DNA from: Stegostoma tigrinum
Taxonomy: Eukaryota
Length of the DNA stretch: 64,000 nt
Assembly: GCF_030684315.1 (NCBI RefSeq)
Contig: NC_081378.1
Location: 21,610,006 to 21,674,005, forward strand
Direction: 5' to 3'
Below are positions 50,771 to 63,169 of this stretch, one piece after another. How positions within the stretch are numbered: position 1 is the stretch's first letter; each line of letters starts with the position of its first letter. The position numbers were made by a program, and so were the translations under genes. Below the pieces are notes generated by a model. It was not told the DNA's origin, did not search any database, and was given only the letters and a program-made list of their open reading frames with translations.

Positions 50771-51844
50771 CTGTAGCATCAAGATAAATCAATACAGGCT
50801 CTCAGTCAGATTAGATACAGTCACAGTCATAGTTAGCTTTGAAAACTCATTCTTCCAACTTAGCTTCCTACCACCTCTGTCCATCGCTACTCAATGTACT
50901 TGCCCACTTTGAATACTGCTCTGCTACTCTCAAATGCCCAAATACCATCTTCTTCCATCACTACCCCCCAGCTCCCATTACTTACTGCAGCTCTTTACTT
51001 GATCGCTTTTTGCAGACTGTCTGCTACACTTTGCCCCATATTCCTTGGCTTGGCCTCAAGTCTTTTGGTCTATCTTCACTGCCACTTTCTATCTCATGCA
51101 AATTATCTACCGAACTGTTGATCCAGATATCAACTTCCCTTAATCTTTAATTCTAACTCTCTTTGGTTCAAATGCATTATTTTCCCAGTATTTGATCTCC
51201 CTGTGATGAATCCTGATGTTGAACTCCAGTCTTTATCCTTTGTGAAAATTGCAGTGAACAGTGTTGGGGACAGTGATAACTCATTGTATAAACAAAGTAC
51301 CACATTGCACTGTTGAAAATTTGAGGAATCACAAATAAAGACACAAATACATGCAACTGGAGAAGCGGGCCATTCAGCAATTAAGCCAGCTCCACCACTC
51401 AATACGATCATGACTGATCTATTTGTGTTTTGAATTCCACATTCCTATCAACTCTCTATAACCCTGAAGTCCCTTTCCTCACAAGAATCTATCCAACTTG
51501 ATCTTAAAGATATTCAATGACCATACCTTCTGAGGCAACATGGAGGGTTGGGGGTAGTCCTCATCTCTAAGGACACTAATTTTAAAACAGTGCCACCTGC
51601 CTCTGCACTAACTCACAAGAGAAAACATACTTTCCACATCCATCTTGTCAAGTCCAATCAGGATCTTATACACTTCAATCAAGTTGCTCCTCTCTCTTCT
51701 AAACTCCAGTGGAAACAATCCCAACATGTTCAACCTATTCTTATAAAACAACATACATCAATCTAGTAGAGCTCCTCTAAATTGTCTCCAATATATTTAC
51801 ATCCTTCTTCAAATAAGGTAGGGAGAATTGCACAGAATACATAC

Positions 51845-51916
51845 ATTTGAACTGTGATCCATCTGCAAATCAATGCTGGCTTTTGATGGACACTCAATAT
51901 CGTCAAGAGACAAAAA
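51845..51916 (-). CDS. NCAPH2: NCAPH2 coding exon 5 (FLSLDDIECPSKASIDLQMDHSSN)
   Basis: AG/GT flanks; 72 nt; FLSLDD motif. Confidence 0.92.
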
Positions 51917-52376
51917 CTGTAAAGAAGGATACAGCAATTAGTGATATTTAACATAGAAAGATAGAAAATTCAAACATTGTTTATACATGCAACGACATAC
52001 ACCAGATCTATGACTGTTATGGTGTTGAAATGTGAAAGGATATTAGGCACAAACATCAATGTCACAGAGACATAAAACCCTCTAGAATAGTGGTTAACCT
52101 AATTCCCAGGGATAGGTATATAAACAACCTCAAGAATATATTATTTGCTTATTTTGACCATACAAAGGAATTAAACAATTTAAGTTTCGGTCCCAAGTCC
52201 CCTGACACCAATATTTTGGCTCACGGAGCAGCTCGCCAACATAACAATCACAGTGCCTGGATCTACTCAACTGTCAGCAATAAGTAAATGCAAGTCTTTT
52301 ATTATTTTGCTCAGTCATTAGTATCTAATTAATTTCAGTCTTAATGAATAATAAGTCCTGAGTCAATGCTCCTTAC

Positions 52377-52455
52377 TTCCCAATCCTGGTCATTGGCCAA
52401 AGACACATCATTATCTGTCCCATCCGCAGCAATGGATGTAACTTTTTGATTCCGT
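52377..52455 (-). CDS. NCAPH2: NCAPH2 coding exon 4 (RNQKVTSIAADGTDNDVSLANDQDWE)
   Basis: AG/GT flanks; 79 nt; phase 2 to 0 fits the neighbours. Confidence 0.85.
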
Positions 52456-53166
52456 CTATAATAACAAACATAAAAAGATCATTTACAACCATTTCAACAA
52501 GAGTACCATAAAAGCATTTTTACTTGGAGAAAGTAGACAAATCCTCTTCTGTGTCTCATGTTAACACTAATTGTTACTTGTTGTTACAGCCCTTTAGTGG
52601 CACAGATTGTATAGTGCCATAGGGCACCCAGAGGAAACCCAGGCAGATACGGGGAGAATGTCCAAACTCCATACAAATAGTCACCTGAGGGTGGAAACGT
52701 ACCCAGGTACCTGGTGCTGTGAGGCAGTTCTCACCACTGTGTCACCTCAAAGCACAGACTGTTACTGGGTGCTACAGTCCCACAGAGACACAGGTGTAAT
52801 ACGCATGTTAAGGCTCACAATCTGTTTAATATGTGCAATATTTCAGTTACTGAGTGTGAAATAATGTGATTTTGAATTGTAATATTTCTGTAATAACAGG
52901 ACATCACTGGGTGTGATGCTCCTGCAGTAACTAAATGTTTAGTTAGATAATTTTGCTACAAAACTGTAAATAGCATCTGAATAATCACCTTATATATTAC
53001 CAAACAATATTCCACTAGGTGTAATACTTTAATATTTGCATAATCTTGTTGTATACACTACATAAGATACCGTGCAATACTGACTGTACTACACTTGTGT
53101 ATATGGAGTATTTAGCATAAACTTCCTGAAGGCCAGTACTGTTTAGTTATTACAAGGATTCTTTAC

Positions 53167-53369
53167 AAAGGCAGAAATTACTGGGAAAACTCAGGTCTGG
53201 CAGCATCTGTGAAGAGAAAGCAGAATTAACGTTTCAGGTCCAGTGACTCTTCCTCAGAACCTAAACCGTAAACTCGCTTTCTTTCCACGGATGCTGCTGG
53301 ATCTGCTGAGTTTTCCCAGACATTTCTGTTTTTTCTTCTGATTTCCAGCATTTGCAGTTCATTTCTTTT
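53167..53369. mobile_element. Mini palindromic Penelope-derived element next to the NCAPH2 exon 3 donor
   Basis: Inverted arms ~53172-53231 and ~53267-53328; probable TSD at(t/c)ctttac at 53158-53166 and 53370-53378. Confidence 0.65.
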
Positions 53370-53378
53370 ATCCTTTAC

Positions 53379-53434
53379 TTTTTGTTGGAGATCAGGTCCA
53401 GCGCTTGGAACACCAGAGAATGCAGATATTCCAC
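53379..53434 (-). CDS. NCAPH2: NCAPH2 coding exon 3 (VEYLHSLVFQALDLISNK)
   Basis: AG/GT flanks; 56 nt. Confidence 0.93.
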
Positions 53435-53811
53435 CTGTGGAGAAATGAAAAACATCCTCATACTATTCAATTTCATCAATCCCATAAGCTAGTTAGCAGC
53501 AGTCATCGGACCAAGACCCACAACATGGGCAGGTCTGACATTTTCCAAACCATGCATTAAATACCTAAGTTTTGAAAGTCTTGCTTTACCCTTTAGGCAT
53601 ATTTCATCATCTTAGTGAAAAATTTAAGGATCAAAAATGATCAATGATTAGCTTCCAGACCCTTCACCTCAAACCAAATTTCTGCCTACCACCCTGTCCC
53701 AATCATCCTCCAGATCTTTTTGCTCTTCTTCTCGACCAGGCCCACCCATTTGCACACCCATGCCACCCCAGACTTCATCCCATTCACCAGTGGAGGATGG
53801 CATAAACAGAC

Positions 53812-53913
53812 CTTCCTGCTGTAAATACATGCCGAGCCCTGGATCAAGAGTGCAGCTTCTGCAAAGTTCATTGTCGTCTTCCCATCATCAAAGGAAATGC
53901 AGATCTGGTCCAA
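53812..53913 (-). CDS. NCAPH2: NCAPH2 coding exon 2 ([34 protein letters not shown])
   Basis: AG/GT flanks; 102 nt; kleisin N-terminal motif. Confidence 0.95.
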
Positions 53914-55255
53914 CTGAAAAAGGCAGAGAGATATTTTCTAATCAAACTGATCAGTTATGCTTGAGCTCGGTTCTTATGGATCAGAGGTATGGACCCTGCT
54001 GACGTGTCATCAGAGTCCTGCCAAGAGGCAGATAGATTGTCGCAAGATTGCACAATGCAACTGCAACCAAAAGAATAGAAAGTCGATTGAAAAAAGGGAA
54101 CAGCAATCAGTTAATTCAATGATACTCAGATCAAAGAGCAGTTGGAACTTGGGGCATCCCTAGATCCTGCACTAAGGGACAAAACTTGGAAGTGGGATAT
54201 CCCACGAGTCCATTCCACAGGGAAGACATTTCAATAATTAGAGCATGGGTAAATGCAGCAAAAATTTACAGAAAATACATTTGGCCAAAATTAAGTTGGT
54301 TGGTCACAAACTGAAATTGCCAGAGTTCAAAACAAGATATGTAAGAAAATGAAAAAGATAACATCATCATTTACACATACTTCAAATATTTTTTAATTAA
54401 ATAAATTGGCTTTATTACCTTTTGAGTAACACTTCTACAGACGCAATGTATCGAATACTTTTCCCTCAGTTATTTGTTGATAGACATAAACTTTGGGAGG
54501 TAAAATCCACGAATAGTAAAAACGCATTTTGAATCCCTATATCTGATACAAAAATGCCTCATCACTTAAGAGGTAAAATAATTAAGAGTGGGGATATTTT
54601 GAAATGCCAGATTTAATATTTTATATGTTTGATGTCCAAAGATTACCATCATTCCTTAACATGCCACAGAATACAGGCCCAGTCTACTTAATCTATTCTC
54701 AGTGGACAATCCCTCTAATTTAAGAATTAGTTCAGTTAACCTTTGTTGCATTTCCTTTACAGCAAGTATATCCTTGTTTAGGTAGGGAGACCAAAACTGT
54801 ACACAATATTCCAAGTGTGGTCTCACTAAGGGCGCTATATAATTTCAGTAAGACATGTACTCCTATACAGTACATAGATTCTTTTAAAATAAAAGTCAAC
54901 GTGCCATTTACCTGCTTAATTGCTTACTGTACCTGCATGTTAATTTTCATGAACAAGGCCACAAAGATTGAGGTCCAACACTTCCCAACTTCCTACTATT
55001 TAACAATTGCTCTGCATTTCTATTCTTCCCAACAGAGACAACCTCAGATTTGTCCACAGCGCAAAGCATTTGCCATATCTTTGCCCAGTCATTTCACTTT
55101 TCCAAGTTCCTACTTGAGCACCTTTGCTTCCCCCTTACAATTCTCACCACCAGTTTTTTGGGTCAAAACAGAAAGTATCAGAGAGAGGGAGAAAAGCAAA
55201 AAGGAATGAATTGTGTCACAAGAGACCAAATAATTTAGCAATACAAAGGCATCAC

Positions 55256-55363
55256 CTCTTCTAGGTATTCCCCAAGCTGAGATGCCACATCAATCTCCCA
55301 GTTCTTCGTCAACTCTCTAATGGGCTGAAGGAGATGTGTGAATCGTGACTCAACATCCTCCAT
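55256..55363 (-). CDS. NCAPH2: NCAPH2 coding exon 1 ([36 protein letters not shown])
   Basis: ATG at 55363, donor GTGAT; 108 nt; conserved N-terminus. Confidence 0.95.
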
Positions 55364-57712
55364 CCTTGACTAAGCACAGAACCCTTGAGACAAGGAGTTA
55401 AAACAGAAGTACTCAGCAGATCAAGCAGCCATCTGTGGGAGAGAAACAGTTAACATTTCAGGTCAATTACACTTCATTAAACCATTAGAAATATGGGAAA
55501 ATCTGTAATAATGTCATAAGGTTGGGGGTATATAATTACTAGAATATGACAATTCATTTCACAGAAGAATCTCTAACTGTATAAAACAGAAATTTCCTTT
55601 TTGTTTGCTATTCTCACAAAGTGAAAAAATACAATTTTCATCGTATGACAAAATCAACTAACAGGGCTGACAATGGTCATATCAAACATTAAAATGTAAT
55701 GAAGAGGATTCCTTCCGACAGGAATTTAGATAGGTACCTGACAGGAAGGTGCTTATAAAAGCACAAACTATAAGATACGCAGGATTAGAACTCAAATAGG
55801 TCCATCTAGCGCAGTCAATTGTGTTGGTGTTTATCCTCTACATGAACAGCACTTTCATCTCCAATCATGGTTTCAGACGGAAACTCTGAAATCTAGGGAT
55901 GCTTCATAAACTATTGCTATTTCCTTCCTTGGTGAATCGTGAAGACAGACTCCAGATAGTTGGTGGTAGTCGAGCAGTATCCAGGTATGGGTTCAAAACT
56001 CTGTCACATATGTTTAGAGTCAGAACACTTAGTCCCAACTTCCGTTATTATTGGTTCCTGGAGGCTTGGTATAAACAGTAAACTGAATGTGACAGCCACT
56101 GGCTCAGACATCATGGCTAACTGTGTCTCAGTAAGTGTCAGGATGGAAGTTATTTGCCCCTCACATTTAGGGTCTTTAGGTCACAGGCTCGGAGACAAGA
56201 TCACAAACCACAAGCAAAATAACAAGTCATAATCTTCTTATTTTCTAGACTTCAGCCTCCTTGAATTCAAAAGAAAGTCTACCTCCACAATTAAAAAGCT
56301 AAATACAAATTCCTTGTCCTTTTTTGTCATGTTCATGTGGATGAACTGATATCATCCATTAGCAGACTTTTGAACAGACCTTTTATGTATTAAACTTGTT
56401 CTTTCTCTGCAACTTTTCTAAGCCTGTAACACTATATTCGTATTCTGTTCTAGCATTTGAATGTACTTTATGTAGGATATGATTTGCCTGTCTCACACAC
56501 AAAACAATATATTTCACTGTATGTCATATGTGACAATAATAAATCAAATCAAATCAAATCCCACAACATCAGCAACAGACTGTAAACAATCTGTTTGCAA
56601 AACCTTTAAAAGAATTTTTAAACATCTCTTTAATTGGGCAAGATGTTCATTTAAAAGGAATACATAATCAAAGCATATAGGGAACAAAGCAAAAAGCCAC
56701 TAATCATCGAACCAAGAAATCATTACTACAGAAAGAGCAACAAAAACATGGGTTGGAGGAAGAGGAGGCATGATTGGGAAAGAAGGGTTAAAAATAATGT
56801 TGTTATTTCAAAGCTTTAAAACACATCACACACTGTTTCATCTAGTCAACACTACCTCAGGCAGAGATCCTAACAGAAAAAATGAGAAATAATACATGGG
56901 GAAAACGCAGCTCGGTTCCAACCCTATTCCTGGAGTACAATAGTCAGTAATTTGCTACCAATGTCTGAGGCCATGAAATTACGGTTTATACAGCAAACAA
57001 AAAGTCTATTGGGAATTACTTTAATCACTTAAATAAGTCCTCATTATTGAGGCAATAGTGTCTCATCCAAGTACATTACTCAGATAATGATAATACAATA
57101 ACAATTAAGGTTACACAACAGAATTAAATAAACTGATTATTGTGACATCAGTTTTTCTGACGTCCTGAATTCTGACCTTGAAGAGCTGTTCCACAGACAT
57201 TCATATTAAGAGCAGGAGTAGGTGATTCAGCACCCTGTACCTGCTCCTATCTACCCCTACACCATTTGATTAATGGAGTCATACGGCTCTGAAACAGACC
57301 CTTCGGTCCTACTAGTCTGTGCTACCTAGACACCCTAATCTGGCCTGGACCCGTTTGTCAGCATTTAACCCATAACCCTCCAAACCATGCATTCACCCAA
57401 TCAAATCCCTTTTAAATGTTGCAATTGTACACACCTCCACCACTTTCTCTAACAGCTTGTTGCATACACACTTTGCGTGAAGTGGTCACCCCTCAGATCC
57501 TTTTTAAAAATCAATGCTCTTTCAGCTTAAAACCTATGTCGTCTGGATTTGGACTCCCCCACCCTTGGAAAAAGACTTTGGCTATTCACCTAACTGGACC
57601 TCTAATGATTTGACAAACCTCTAAGAGGTTACCCCTCAGCCTTCAGTACTCCACCCTATTCAGCCTCTCCCTATAACTCAAACCTTACAGCCCAAGCGAC
57701 ATCCTTTTAAAA

Positions 57713-57886
57713 GAAGAGATAATGGGAACTGCAGATGCTGGAGAATCCAAGATAACAGAGTGTGAAGCTGGATGAACACAGCTGGCCAAGCAACATCTCA
57801 GGAGCACAGCCAAAACGTCAGCTTTTGTGCTCCTGAGATGCTGCTTGGCCTGCTGTGTTCATCCAGCTTCACACTTTGCTATCTCT
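57713..57886. mobile_element. Mini palindromic Penelope-derived element (same family as 41064-44764)
   Basis: 15-bp TSD gacatccttttaaaa at 57698-57712 and 57887-57901; 59-bp inverted arms at 57750-57808 and 57826-57884; 37-nt unpaired tail. Confidence 0.85.
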
Positions 57887-58640
57887 GACATCCTTTTAAA
57901 ACATCACTTTCTTTTCAGTCAAGAATATATTTAACACACCCTTAAAAATGTTCAATGACCATGCCTCCACTGCTCTTACAAATTAATGGCCTGCTCAGGA
58001 AAATAATTCTCATCAATCTCCATTTTAAATGGGAAACCTCTCACTTTAAAATTGTTTCCTAGTCCGAATCTCTCTCGTCCTGCCACCATTCATCCTGCCC
58101 ATTGCCTTCAGTACCTTACATATTTTAACAATATACGCTCTAATTCTTCTGAACTCCAAGGTACACGAGCCCTACCTGCCCATATTTTCCTCATTTCAGA
58201 AATCAATCGATTCAACCTTCTCTGCGCTTCCAATACGATTACATTATTTCTTCAGGTGACCAAACTGTCTACGACACCTGGTTTCACCAAGGGCCGAACA
58301 ACTATAATGACATTTCCCAACGTTTGCGCACCAAAGCCCTTTGCAATAAATAACAATGGTCCATTCCAATATATTTCACACGTTTTATTTTTCTGTTACA
58401 TCATATTATTAAAGACAAGTTGATTTCTGTTGCCGCCAAGAAGTAAACCAGTAACTGCAGTAAACAGAAGTGGTTCAATCAGACACTGTAGGGAAGAAAT
58501 TAGTAAATGATTGAAGTGGGCCGTTCTTCAAAACCAGAACACAAGAAACTGTAACGAACAAGAATACAATCACAGAAATCTGAAAGAAACTATATTTAAC
58601 AAAAGGAGATTCGAACTGACACTGACAAGCCGAGACTCAC

Positions 58641-58820
58641 CCCCCACCGAAGAACCGTATCTAGCTACGTTCCACATTTCTCAAGCACGATTATTATAAA
58701 TCCAGTTCTCAAAATATTCCCCTATTTTCTCTGAATATTCCCTTCTTTTCTCTGATTGTTTTATTTTACCCGTTTTTAGGCCAGCGCCATTTTTTGTTTT
58801 TCCCGCGCAGGTACAAACCA
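58641..58820 (-). other. NCAPH2: Putative non-coding first exon of NCAPH2
   Basis: Consensus donor GGG|GTGAGT at 58640-58635 just downstream of the CpG promoter; matching acceptor ttgtctcaAG at 55385-55384, 20 nt before the ATG. The 5' end is uncertain. Confidence 0.5.
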
Positions 58821-58960
58821 CAGAATGCGCATGCGCGCGACACGGACTCAATCATTAGTCTACTAGTAAGAGGCAAGAAAACAGAGTTTGAAAGAATTTC
58901 CATCACAATAAAACCAGATCGCTAAATTTTTAACGCGGGTTTAAATTTTAATTTGAAATT
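58780..58960. promoter_or_regulatory. Bidirectional NCAPH2/LMF2 promoter with YY1, E2F, NRF1 and CHR-like motifs
   Basis: cgccattttt (YY1, ~58785-58794), tttcccgc (E2F, 58799-58806), tgcgcatgcgc (NRF1, 58826-58836), tttgaa at ~58887 and ~58952; located between divergent genes. Confidence 0.65.
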
Positions 58961-59294
58961 ATTACTTTGTTTTGTTTTTTTTTCAGATGTTTAGAGATGA
59001 TCTCCCCTTCTGCCATGATGGTACAGGCTGCAAATGCAGAAAGACGGTAACGATTAAGAGCAATCCATTCCGGGAACAGGGAATAGTAACTTTAGAAACT
59101 TCTTAAAGTAAAAAAAAACACCGTGGATAATCTGGTTATATATTTCAAAATGTGGTTATTATTTCAAAGCGCGACTCAGTCTGAGTTATATTGTGAGCTA
59201 TTATAATGGAATCGTTATGGATCGAAGCTGTTGACCACCTCCCCCCCCCCCTTTGCGGTGATGAGAGTGGTTATGTCCAGGCCTGCAGCTCGGA

Positions 59295-59388
59295 ATGGGG
59301 GAGATTGTGTTGTCGCGGGCAGCTTTCCTCTGGGGCACGAATGCTATTTACTTGTGTGCATTCACCTCGCTTTATGTACAGATCCCAG
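59295..59388 (+). CDS. LMF2: Lipase maturation factor 2, first coding exon (MGEIVLSRAAFLWGTNAIYLCAFTSLYVQIP); the gene continues beyond the window
   Basis: Matches the LMF2 N-terminus (FLxxxxxxYxxAFxSLYxQIPG); 94 nt then donor GTAAT; head-to-head with NCAPH2 as in human. Confidence 0.9.
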
Positions 59389-60839
59389 GTAATAGTGATG
59401 ACACTGATATTCTGGGTTTTAAAAGCTCTGCCTCGGTGAAGAGTGTAGTCAGTTGGCGGGAGTTGGGTAAAGGAGCCTCATGGAGAAGGGAGAGGTGTGG
59501 TTAATGGAAGGAAACCGACTGAAGTGGAACACATCGTTTATTTCCAAAACAGCACCGTGTGAGTTAGCGTTGGCTGGCAGTTTGGAAAGAGTTGTTGCTG
59601 TTAATGTTGACAGAGTGCATTTTTGTGTTTATGAAGTGGTGCAGTTTAGACTTTGATCTGGGGACTCTGGTGTAGCAGAGCCACTCTATAGTTAACGGCA
59701 ACACACTGCAGATGCTGTAAAGCTAAAACAAACACAGAATGCTGGAGAAACTCAGCAGATCTGGCAGCGTGTGGGGGGAGAGAGAGGGAGTTTGAAGTAA
59801 CGTTTCGAGTTTGGTGCGAGTTTGCTTCAGATTGCATGGTTATTTTGGTGCGAGACTTGAATTGTGTGCTATGTATGGAGGGAATAATGTTTAGGAAATG
59901 ACCATTGCAGTCAGTTCATTGAAACCATTCCATACTGTGAACCCTCCCCTATTGAGGTTCAAGAAGGCAGCTCAGCATCATTCCTAGTTACCCTGAAGAT
60001 GATGGGCAATAAATGCTAGTCCGAACAGAAAAGCCACCACCCCATGACTTTTATTAAAGAAGAAACCTGCTAGGCGTTTTATTTCCATGTTTCTGAACAT
60101 CGTGAGTGCTCTCTCTCTCTCTCTCCATCACATTTCTTTCCAGGGAAGCTTAAGCTTCCCAAGTAAAGACAAAGTGCTGAAGAAAACCAGGTGTGGCAGT
60201 ACCTTGCAGAGAGTAATACAAAAACGTTGAGTCCAATGAGAGTCATGTTGGACAAGCAACATATTCTCTCTCATGGGATAACGAGGTGTACGGCTAGATG
60301 AACACAGCAGGCCAAGCATCTTCTATCTCTATCACTTCTGTCTGTAATTTTTTAACGCGTGTGCGTGTGTGGATTTGAAGTTTTCATTTGAATGCACAGT
60401 TTTTCCTGAATCATCTACCAGTGAGAACAACAGGCCAGCAGTCAGAATGTTGTGCTTCACCTGCAAGGGTGAAATTCTGAATCGTAGGATCAGTTGAACT
60501 CCATTCTGATAAGATGGCAGCTGTGATTGGAAGAGAGCTGTTTGCCAGTATGGGACTGTGATTGGGCTGTTTAGCTGAGGCTGTGTGCCGTTCCCATTAA
60601 GATGATGTCAGAAGGACTTTCAAAACATAACTATTGCAGATCCTAAAAGTAACATTTTTCTTTTTTCACATTGTCCACTCCCTTTCCTTGAATTTTTTGT
60701 CACTGGCCAATTTCAGGTGTGATAAAGGCTTTTAACATGGATATACAGCCAGGAAATTATATTGAAATCAGCAAGTCAGATGGTGAAACTCCTCAATATT
60801 TGTGGAAAGAGAAACGTTTGGAGTACAGTATTTTTTTTA

Positions 60840-61615
60840 CAGCACAGTGTGGGCCGAAGGGCCTGTAATATTGTGCTGAACTTTTACCCTAATCCTAAGC
60901 TCTATCTAACTTGCACCCCTACCTTACACTATCATCCATATGCCCATCTAATAGCCACTTAAATGCCCCTAATGAGACCGACTCCACTACCCTGTCTGGC
61001 AATGCATTCTACTCCACTCACTTTGAAACTATGCCCCCTTGTAACAGCTACCTGCACCCTAGGAAAAAGTCTCTGGTTGTCCACTTTATCTATGCCTCTG
61101 ATCATTTTGTATACCTCTATCAAGTCACCTCTCATCCGTCGTCGTTCTAAAGAGGAAAGCCCTGGCTCTCTCGGCCTTTTCTCCTAAGACCTTCCCTCCA
61201 TTCCAGGCAACAACCTGGTAAATCTTCTCAGCACTTTTTCCAACGCTTCTGCATCTTTCCTGTACTGAGGCAACCAGAACTGGACGTAATATGCCAGATG
61301 TGGCCGAACCAAGCTTTTGTATAGCTGGACCATAACTTTGCAGCTCTTGAACTCGATCCCTCTCTTAATGAAAGCTAACACACCATATGCCTTCTTAACA
61401 ACTGTATCCACCTGGGTCGCAGCTTTCAGGGAACTGCCAGCGTGAACCCCAAGATTCCTCTGCTCCTCCACACTACCAAGAATCTTTCCATTAACCCTTT
61501 TATTCTGCTTTCAAGTTTGTCCTTCCAAAAGAATCACCTCACACTTTTAAGGGTTAAACTCCATCTGCCACTTCTCAGCCTATCTCTGCATCCTATCAAT
61601 GTCCCTTTGTAATCT
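60840..61615 (-). mobile_element. CR1 LINE 3' fragment
   Basis: EEQRNLGVH...LYKSLVRPHLAYYVQFWLPQYRKDAEALEKV. Confidence 0.88.
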
Positions 61616-61809
61616 TTGATTTGAAAATATTTACTCTGTTCCTGCAATGATGCTGCTGGATCTGCTCAGTTTCTCCAGCACTTTGTTTTTATTTCAGATT
61701 TCCTGCATCTTTAATATTTTGCTTTTACTTGAGATTGCATTGAACTTGCATAGTTTGGCCTCAGTTGGATTACTGTGACAGTTTCTGGTGTCACAGTTTA
61801 GAAAGAATG

Positions 61810-62030
61810 AGGTTGGTTAGCTCAGTTGGCTGGACAGCTGGCTTACAGTGCAGAGTGACCCCAGTAGCGTGGGTTCATTTGCACACAAGCAAGGTTAACA
61901 TGAAGGCCCCAACTTGTCAACCTCTCTCATTGCCTGAGACATGTTGATCTTCAGGTTAAATTCGTTACCAGTCTTGTCTCTATCATGAGAGAGCAGTCCT
62001 GTGGTCCTCCAGGACAATGGCAGTTTAACT
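61810..62030 (+). mobile_element. tRNA-derived SINE (family C)
   Basis: A-box-like tagctcagttgg and B-box-like gggttc; homologous to 37760-37955. Confidence 0.6.
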
Positions 62031-63169
62031 TTTCAGGAAGGATGTGAAGGCATTGTAGAGGGCTGAGACTTACAAGGTTAGTTCTAGGGAAATTAATTTT
62101 AGTCGTAAAGATACATTGAAGAAGTTGGGGCTCCTTCCTTTGGCCAAGAGAAGGATGAGAGGAGGTCTGATAAAGGCACTCAAAATTTAGATGTGTCTGA
62201 ATAGAATTGATAGGAAGAAACTGTTTCTCCTGAAATGACCAAGAAATAAAAGGTATAGATTGAAGTAATTGTTCAGCCAAGAAAATTACGAGGAAAAGCT
62301 TTTGCACATAGTACAGTGTTAGGGCCTGGAATGGACTGGAGAGTGGTGGAGGAAGTTTGAAACAAGATATTCAAAAAGTGAGTTTTATTATTTTGCAAAG
62401 GAATGATGTGCAGGAGGTTTACACAGAACACTGGGAAATGTCACTAGGTAATATGATTGTTCAGAAACCATGCACATACACGAAATGACATTCTTCAGTG
62501 ATCTTATCCTGAGACCAATGTTTCTACAGTTATTAACTTCACTGAATTTTTTTTGAGGAAGTAGCACAGCTGATTGATTTTGGATGCTTTTGACAAGCTT
62601 CTAATGCAAAGTAGCCACAAAAGTAAAAGTTGTGAGATGTGCTTTGGCAAAGACTGGAAACAGCTACTCAAGGATGAACCAGTGTCAGAACAATGAGAGG
62701 CATACATGAAGGAGACAGAATATTTGGCATAAATGTACTCCTGTAGAGATAAGGTTTAGGAGTTCCAAATACAGGCTTCCCTCAATGTGAAACAGCATGC
62801 AACAGCTAAGAACCAGTAACGCAGTAACTGAGGGATATGTAGAAAGGGCAGGAGCAAACCTAGACAGGACATTTGAAAAGCAAAATGAGAGAATCATCAA
62901 AGCTAGTTTGTCAATACATATAGTTTCACTGAAACACTTTTTTCCCAGAAATACATAAAGGCTATACAGATAGCCAAAAGTGTAGGGCCGTATAGAGACT
63001 AGAAAGGTATAATGTGTGTAGAGGCCAAAATCAAGGGTATGGTTCTTAATTAATAACTTGCATTCGCCTCCACAAAATAAAGGAAGTGATTTCATAGTTA
63101 CAGAATATAAAATATTGAACAGAATAAACATAGAGAGGAAACTTTAAGAGCAGTGGAATCTTTGAAAGT

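Larger units (their letters stand above)
17442..55363 (-). other. NCAPH2: NCAPH2 gene, span of 20 coding exons (condensin-2 complex subunit H2, kleisin beta; 611 aa)
   Basis: The exons below join in phase to 1836 nt, from [27 protein letters not shown] to [17 protein letters not shown]. The protein is colinear with human NCAPH2 as recalled. Confidence 0.95.

Noticed and set aside
58987-59046. Possible LMF2 5' UTR exon (poly-T cAG ... ACG|GTAACG)
   Set aside because: The splice signals are plausible but cannot be supported without transcript data.
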